A stretch of DNA of 64,000 bases from Anaerolineales bacterium UBA3499 (lineage in GTDB: Bacteria; Chloroflexota; Anaerolineae; Anaerolineales; UBA11657). Under the pieces are notes generated by a model. The model worked only from the letters and a program-made list of their open reading frames with translations, made no database searches and was not told the origin of the DNA. The translations under genes were made by a program, and so were the position numbers. How positions within the stretch are numbered: the first letter of the stretch is position 1; each line of letters starts with the position of its first letter. The stretch is taken from NCBI GenBank assembly GCA_002377585.1, contig DFQC01000025.1:91740-155739 (forward strand), in the 5' to 3' direction. Shown piece after piece: positions 58,411 through 64,000 of this stretch.

Positions 58411-59223
58411 ATGCCCGAACTTCCAGAGGTAGAAACTCGAGTAAGGCAACTACAGGAACCCTGTGCAAGCCGTACAATACAAGAAGTGCATATTGGATGG
58501 CCGCGTCATATACATACTCCCAATCCAGTGGAATTCAGACAAAGAATTTGTGGACAGCGAATTACTAATTTGGATAGGCGTGGTAAATTTCTCATTTTCG
58601 AACTTAGTACAGATGTATTGATAATACACCTTCGAATGAGCGGTGACCTCTATGTAGCTACACCCGAAACACCAATAGATAAGTATGCTCACACAACACT
58701 CACTTTTGACAACCGCCATGAATTGCGCTTTACAGATGCACGCAAATTCGGACGAGTATATCTAGTTCAATCAGCCGATAAAATCACCTCAAAGCTTGGT
58801 CCAGAACCACTGTCCAAACAATTTACTCACTCAGTTTTTTACCAAATGTTAAGTAAACACAGGCGTATGTTAAAACCCCTTCTATTAGACCAACACTTCC
58901 TTGCGGGCATGGGAAACATCTATACTGATGAAGCTCTTCATCTATCAGGATTACACCCCACTACACTTAGTAATATGATATCCAAAACTCACTCGCACAA
59001 TCTATGGAGAAACATACGAAAAGTCCTTCGTGATGGAATACGTCATAGTGGTTCTAGTATTGATTGGGTATATAAAGGTGGAAGCCACCAACACCACTTT
59101 ACTGTATATGGCCAACATGGCAAGCCATGTCAAATATGCAACTCTACAATTGTTCGCACGACTGTGTCGCAAAGAGGAACTTACTATTGCCCAAAATGCC
59201 AACCTAGTCCCAAAACCATCTGA
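58411..59223 (+). CDS. mutM: Formamidopyrimidine-DNA glycosylase
   Basis: MPELPEVE, RRGKFL, HLRMSG, DARKFG, LLDQ...GMGNIY, zinc finger CQIC...CPKCQ. Confidence 0.96.
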   Translation: MPELPEVETRVRQLQEPCASRTIQEVHIGWPRHIHTPNPVEFRQRICGQRITNLDRRGKFLIFELSTDVLIIHLRMSGDLYVATPETPIDKYAHTTLTFDNRHELRFTDARKFGRVYLVQSADKITSKLGPEPLSKQFTHSVFYQMLSKHRRMLKPLLLDQHFLAGMGNIYTDEALHLSGLHPTTLSNMISKTHSHNLWRNIRKVLRDGIRHSGSSIDWVYKGGSHQHHFTVYGQHGKPCQICNSTIVRTTVSQRGTYYCPKCQPSPKTI

Positions 59224-59241
59224 AATCCAACCCTAGTATTG

Positions 59242-62200
59242 CTACTTGATATCAGCAATTGCTGACTTTGCACGTTGTTGGGATTTGTTACCACTCCTAT
59301 TAGATTTGTTCATGTGACAATTTTTGAATTTCTTGCCACTACCACACCAACAGGGATCGTTACGACGCAATGCCTTAGTATCAGCTTTGGAATCTTCTGC
59401 AATAGATTGGGTATTTACAGCATTAAGTTCTATGGGAGTGGATGTGAACATACGGGATACCAACGAAGACCTCATGTCAACAAGTAGCTGTCTGAATAAA
59501 TCAAAAGCTCGGCTCTTGTATGCAGTCAAAGGGTCACGTTGCGCATAAGCTTCTAATCCAACTGACGTCCTAAGTGCTTCCATAGATGTAAGATAATCCA
59601 CCCATAATTGGCCACTAATTGAAAGCAATATCTGACGATACAATCCAACCATTACGCCACGCCCAAGAGCTGAACACACTATATCTTTCAAGCCGCCAGA
59701 AAGAGAGCTCAAATCACTGGATTCCACAGAATTAAAATTCTCTTCTCCGAGCTCTTCTCGGACCATCAAAGATGTATGTTCATTAAGGTCTGACAATTTC
59801 TCAGACTGTAATCGTTGTATCTCCAACTCACCCCAACCAAGCTTAAGTTGTTCTGTCGCTGTCTGAAGATGTCGTAACACCTGCTCAATCACACTTTGCT
59901 CCGCTTCTCCATCAAGTAATTCTGCTGCATGATACACATAAGGAAATCGCTGCTCCATCCGCACCAAACGTTGTCGACTCTTTTCATGAAAAACAACATC
60001 TTTACTATAGGCCATATCCAGTATCAAACGCCCCATGTCGCTGCGCGACAGTTCTTCTGGTTTTGACAATTGTTTGTCTAGTACCAGTGTAATTTCGCTG
60101 ATGTGATTATCTATGAGAGCATTTTGCGATTCCGACACAATCTCAAGAACTTCATCATGCCAGTCTTCCCAATTTAGTTCATTCCAGACTGGTACCTGTA
60201 TCTCCATATCTAGACCAGTGCGTTTTTCTAATCTGCGTTGAAACTTTGTCAATAAGTCTGTGCCAATCTTGCCTTGAATACGAGTACGAACCGCATCTTT
60301 GACATTGTCGAATGACAATTTATCTAACTCTGAACGAGTAAAGTTGGCTGACACACCTGACATTTCGAACATGGTTTTAGTAACCTGCGCCAAATCGACT
60401 GATTTGCCATGTTCACGCGCCTCCATTTCTACACCTTCAAATGCCATTTCTGCTAGTTCACATTTTTCATTGATAAATCTTGGTATCTGATCCTGCAAAT
60501 TGTTTATCTCAGCACTATAGGCTATAAGCATTCGTTCCAAAGCAAGATCTGCTGAACGGCGTGCCATCTTCAACAAAGATTCGATGATATTACTGCGTTC
60601 TTCTGCAACAATTCGCTTGCAGTCCTCCAAATCTGTTATCTCTTCTGATTCTTGCTGTGCTAACCATAAATCACCTAGGCTTGCAACAGTTTCACCAAGC
60701 GAATCTAATAATAACTCAATGCTAAATGGAAAGAACAGATCCCTATCGTTGCGCTCTATAGTCGGCTGTACATTGTCAAGCCATGCCAAAAGACGCCACC
60801 ATCCCTCTTCATCTTGAGTGGATAAGGTAACCCTACGGTTAACTTCTGAGGTTAACATTTCAGCAACGTCGGCTGTCAAGTCTTCTTTACCAAATATACG
60901 ATCGCGCTGATCATAAAACTTAGTACGTTGGACATTAAGTACATCATCATATTCTAACAAATGCTTACGAACATCAAAATTGGCTCCCTCAACTCGGGTC
61001 TGGGATTGTTCGATACTCTTGTTAACTATGCCATGCTCAATAGGCATAGCCTCGTCAATATTTAATTTCTCCATCAAACTGGATACATTAGCTCCGCCAA
61101 ATCTTCGCATCAATTCATCTTCAAGTGACAGGTAAAATCTACTAGACCCTGGATCTCCTTGCCTAGAAGCACGCCCGCGTAGCTGATTATCTATACGACG
61201 TGCTTCATGCCGTTCAGATCCAACAACGTGCAAACCACCTAATTCTCTTACTAATTGCTCATCTTCCATATACTTCAAAAAAGCCTGTACTTCATCTACA
61301 TATATTCCGTAATCATCATCGGATAACAATTGAAGAGCTTTTTTACGATCCTCATGAGTCATATCAAATGCATCAGATTCCCCGAACCGTTTCAGTACTC
61401 TGTTAACATTTGCAAGAGTGTCCTCAGATATCTCTCCACCTAGCTTTATATCCACGCCACGTCCAGCCATGTTAGTCGCTATAGTAATTGAAGCTAGAGA
61501 ACCAGCACGAGCTATAATCTGAGACTCTTCATCATGCTTTTTGGCATTCAATACTTGACAAGACATGCCAGCCTCTAACACAGTTTTCAAATCCATGGCT
61601 AGTCTATCTTCTAATCCCAGAATATTGCACAAACGCACCAGGTTTTCTTGGGTTGTAGGATTCAGTCGAACTTTGAGATCCTTAGCTAAAGATCGTAAAT
61701 GGGATTTCTTCAACTTATCAAGAGGTAAGTTTAGGTCTGACAATTCCGGAACTGCTCGCCCGTCTTCCTCACGTTCATTTTGTTCAAACCAAACATCACG
61801 CAACAACCATACCAAGGCAATCTGCCTTAGATCAGTAGATCTAAAACGCATAGATAAACGTTCAGAAGACTCCACTGAAGTTGTACCAATTAGCATCGGT
61901 TGTCCAATGACATGCCGAGCAAGTACCTCCTGAGTAAGAGAGCGCAATTTGGCTTCTTCAGTCCGAAACACTAGATCATCATAGTCTTTACGTCGATACA
62001 GCAATGGATTGTCCGGATCTTTTACGTTAGCTATATATGAGAATTTCGAGCCATTTTCTCTGTAAGATATTTCGGTTAACTCGGGATCAACCCTAGCACG
62101 AAAATCCAGATGTGTAGGTATTGGAACAACATCAATCTGGTAGATTTTGTCAAACTCTTCTGCTTCAGTAACAGCGGTACCTGACATACCAGAAAGTGTG

Positions 62201-63438
62201 TTATACATCCTAAAATAGTTTTGTAAAGTTATAGTAGCATATGTTACGTTTTCAGCCTGAATTGTCACACCCTCTTTGGCCTCCACCGCTTGATGCAAAC
62301 CATCAGACCAACGACGCCCAGGCATAACTCGACCGGTAAAATCATCTACTATTACTACTCTACCACCGCGAACCAAGTAATCTTTATTGCGTTTGAAAAT
62401 GAATTCGGCACGTAGAGCTTGCTCAAGATGAGATTGAATTTGAGCTTGCTCCATCGTTATATCTTCAGGACTGTCTGGATCACGGAGTGTTTTACCCAAA
62501 ATCTCTTCCACCCGATCGTAACCTTCATCAGTCATGGACATAGTGCGAGAGCGATCATCAATTTCATAATGTTCTGGTTTCAGCCTCCGCACCACCTTCG
62601 CTAACTCAACATACATTTCCGGATCATCTTGAGCAGGACCAGAAATAATCAATGGTGTGCGAGCACTATCAATTAGAACATTATCTACTTCATCAATGAT
62701 AGAGTAGTGAAGTTCACGTTGACGACGATCCTCTATCCGATGGGCAATATTATCACGTAGATAGTCAAATCCAAATTCATTGTTGGTACCATAAGTAACA
62801 TCAGCAGAATAAGCTTCATTACGCGGCACTAATCTAACCAAATTATTTTCCTCTTGAGGAGACTCCTGCGTTGGATCGAACAAGTAAGCCATTTGTGCAT
62901 TATCTGTACGTGACGCATCCTGTAAGATACCAACGCTCATACCTAACATATGGAAAATAGGACCCATCCACTTTGCATCTCGACGCGCCAGATAGTCATT
63001 CACTGTAACTAAATGTGCACCTCTACCCGCTAACGCATTCAAATAAAGTGGTAATGTAGCTACTAGGGTCTTACCCTCACCGGTTCTCATTTCGGCAATA
63101 CGACCATCATGAAGAACTTGACCACCCACTAACTGGACTGAATAGTGCCTTAATCCAATTGTTCTTACCGCAGCCTCCCGAACAGTCGCAAATGCATGCG
63201 TTAGAATATCTTGCATAACTTGAGATTCCGTCTCAAGCTGATCTTCCAAATCCACAATACCAGATATCGCAGATTGTAATTTTTCTCTAAAAAAGTCGGT
63301 TTTTGAGCTTAGTTCCGAATCGCTCAGAGCCTTATATTCAGGCTCTAGATAATCAATGTCTGCAGCAACTTGTTCATATAGCTTTAGGTCGCGTGCAGTA
63401 GGATTTCCACCAACAGCAGTAAGAATCTTTTTAAGCAT
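59242..63438 (-). CDS. secA: Preprotein translocase subunit SecA, with large insertions
   Basis: MRTGEGKT, VTVNDYLA, DEVD, GRRWSDGLHQAVEAKE, ATNMAGRG, RRIDNQLRGR, QRDPL, SEC-C motif RNDPCWCGSGKKFKNCH. Confidence 0.95.
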   Translation of the reverse strand: MLKKILTAVGGNPTARDLKLYEQVAADIDYLEPEYKALSDSELSSKTDFFREKLQSAISGIVDLEDQLETESQVMQDILTHAFATVREAAVRTIGLRHYSVQLVGGQVLHDGRIAEMRTGEGKTLVATLPLYLNALAGRGAHLVTVNDYLARRDAKWMGPIFHMLGMSVGILQDASRTDNAQMAYLFDPTQESPQEENNLVRLVPRNEAYSADVTYGTNNEFGFDYLRDNIAHRIEDRRQRELHYSIIDEVDNVLIDSARTPLIISGPAQDDPEMYVELAKVVRRLKPEHYEIDDRSRTMSMTDEGYDRVEEILGKTLRDPDSPEDITMEQAQIQSHLEQALRAEFIFKRNKDYLVRGGRVVIVDDFTGRVMPGRRWSDGLHQAVEAKEGVTIQAENVTYATITLQNYFRMYNTLSGMSGTAVTEAEEFDKIYQIDVVPIPTHLDFRARVDPELTEISYRENGSKFSYIANVKDPDNPLLYRRKDYDDLVFRTEEAKLRSLTQEVLARHVIGQPMLIGTTSVESSERLSMRFRSTDLRQIALVWLLRDVWFEQNEREEDGRAVPELSDLNLPLDKLKKSHLRSLAKDLKVRLNPTTQENLVRLCNILGLEDRLAMDLKTVLEAGMSCQVLNAKKHDEESQIIARAGSLASITIATNMAGRGVDIKLGGEISEDTLANVNRVLKRFGESDAFDMTHEDRKKALQLLSDDDYGIYVDEVQAFLKYMEDEQLVRELGGLHVVGSERHEARRIDNQLRGRASRQGDPGSSRFYLSLEDELMRRFGGANVSSLMEKLNIDEAMPIEHGIVNKSIEQSQTRVEGANFDVRKHLLEYDDVLNVQRTKFYDQRDRIFGKEDLTADVAEMLTSEVNRRVTLSTQDEEGWWRLLAWLDNVQPTIERNDRDLFFPFSIELLLDSLGETVASLGDLWLAQQESEEITDLEDCKRIVAEERSNIIESLLKMARRSADLALERMLIAYSAEINNLQDQIPRFINEKCELAEMAFEGVEMEAREHGKSVDLAQVTKTMFEMSGVSANFTRSELDKLSFDNVKDAVRTRIQGKIGTDLLTKFQRRLEKRTGLDMEIQVPVWNELNWEDWHDEVLEIVSESQNALIDNHISEITLVLDKQLSKPEELSRSDMGRLILDMAYSKDVVFHEKSRQRLVRMEQRFPYVYHAAELLDGEAEQSVIEQVLRHLQTATEQLKLGWGELEIQRLQSEKLSDLNEHTSLMVREELGEENFNSVESSDLSSLSGGLKDIVCSALGRGVMVGLYRQILLSISGQLWVDYLTSMEALRTSVGLEAYAQRDPLTAYKSRAFDLFRQLLVDMRSSLVSRMFTSTPIELNAVNTQSIAEDSKADTKALRRNDPCWCGSGKKFKNCHMNKSNRSGNKSQQRAKSAIADIK

Positions 63439-63451
63439 TTAATTTAGCGGA

Positions 63452-64000
63452 TTATTCGTTAAACATCTCACCAACACTACGACCTTCATGAGCACGCAAT
63501 ATTACCTCGGCCAAAAGCGGTGCAATGGATAATACAGTCATATTCGGAAGCATTTTTTCCTTTGGGATATGCACAGTATTTGTTGTAACTATGCTCTTAT
63601 AATCTGCTTTGCTAAGTCTTTCAAAAGCAGGGTCTGAAAGGATTGCATGAACAAATGAAAGATGGACATCGCGAGCACCTTGTTTTTTGACAATTTCCAA
63701 TGCCTGGGTAACTGACCCGGCTGTATCCACTTCATCATCAACTATGATGACGTCGCGATCACTTACATCACCTATAACACCCACAACCTCTGATTTAGGT
63801 TCATTACGCTTCCGACGTTTCTCAATAAAAGCAATTGGCATATCAAGCTTAGCGGCAAAGTTACGTCCTTTTTTTGCAAAACCCAAATCGGCTGTCACAA
63901 CTACAGGGTCTTTCATGTCATCACGTAATTTCTGGAAATGAGCGATGAGAATATGAAAAGCAGTTAACACATCGCCTGGTATGTTGAAAAACCCCTGGAT
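63452..64000 (-). CDS. prs: Ribose-phosphate pyrophosphokinase (5'-truncated by window end)
   Basis: IQGFFNIP in frame at the window edge; IEKRR, VIGDV, IIVDDEVDTAGS, SIAPLLAEVI. Confidence 0.92.
   Translation of the reverse strand: MQGFFNIPGDVLTAFHILIAHFQKLRDDMKDPVVVTADLGFAKKGRNFAAKLDMPIAFIEKRRKRNEPKSEVVGVIGDVSDRDVIIVDDEVDTAGSVTQALEIVKKQGARDVHLSFVHAILSDPAFERLSKADYKSIVTTNTVHIPKEKMLPNMTVLSIAPLLAEVILRAHEGRSVGEMFNE

Noticed and set aside
58305-58568. 87-aa ORF
   Set aside because: It overlaps the tRNA and mutM in another frame; spurious.
59242-63438. Inteins as the cause of SecA length
   Set aside because: No Cys-start/His-Asn-end splice junctions or LAGLIDADG-like motifs are visible in the inserts.
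1-64000. CRISPR arrays, IS elements, prophage or defence systems
   Set aside because: No regularly spaced repeats, and no transposase, integrase, phage or cas-like ORFs; long ORFs account for nearly all of the sequence.

Overview
This is a gene-dense, fairly AT-rich bacterial chromosome segment. Protein style suggests a Chloroflexota (Anaerolineae-like) organism, but that is inference: Pro/Thr-rich linkers, EVVKEV-type lipoprotein linker, GT-C proteins with repeated C-terminal beta domains, and a very long SecA. Contents in order: partial glycoside-hydrolase-like gene; proBA; a MacB/FtsX-type ABC operon; a pccB-accC-accB-mutase-epimerase operon; an oxoprolinase/hydantoinase A/B pair; rimO; a stand-alone nuoB-nuoCD-nuoI unit flanked by Fe-S carrier genes and an unknown 4-Cys protein; a Fur-family gene with a ferric-iron ABC transporter; a cell-envelope cluster (class A PBP, LasA-like LysM-M23, two M23 lipoproteins, LysM-GH63-like fusion); polA; a TPP riboswitch with thiN-thiBPQ; tRNA-Asn; mutM; secA; partial prs. 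I saw no CRISPR array, transposase, integrase or prophage. Best candidates for undescribed biology are (1) the complex I Q-module/Fe-S island with a CxxC-less Mrp next to a CxxC-x10-CxxC protein, (2) the envelope-remodelling cluster with the LysM-GH63-like fusion, (3) a possible GT-C protein O-glycosylation system, and (4) the 1398-aa SecA. All assignments come from motif recognition by eye; no searches were run.
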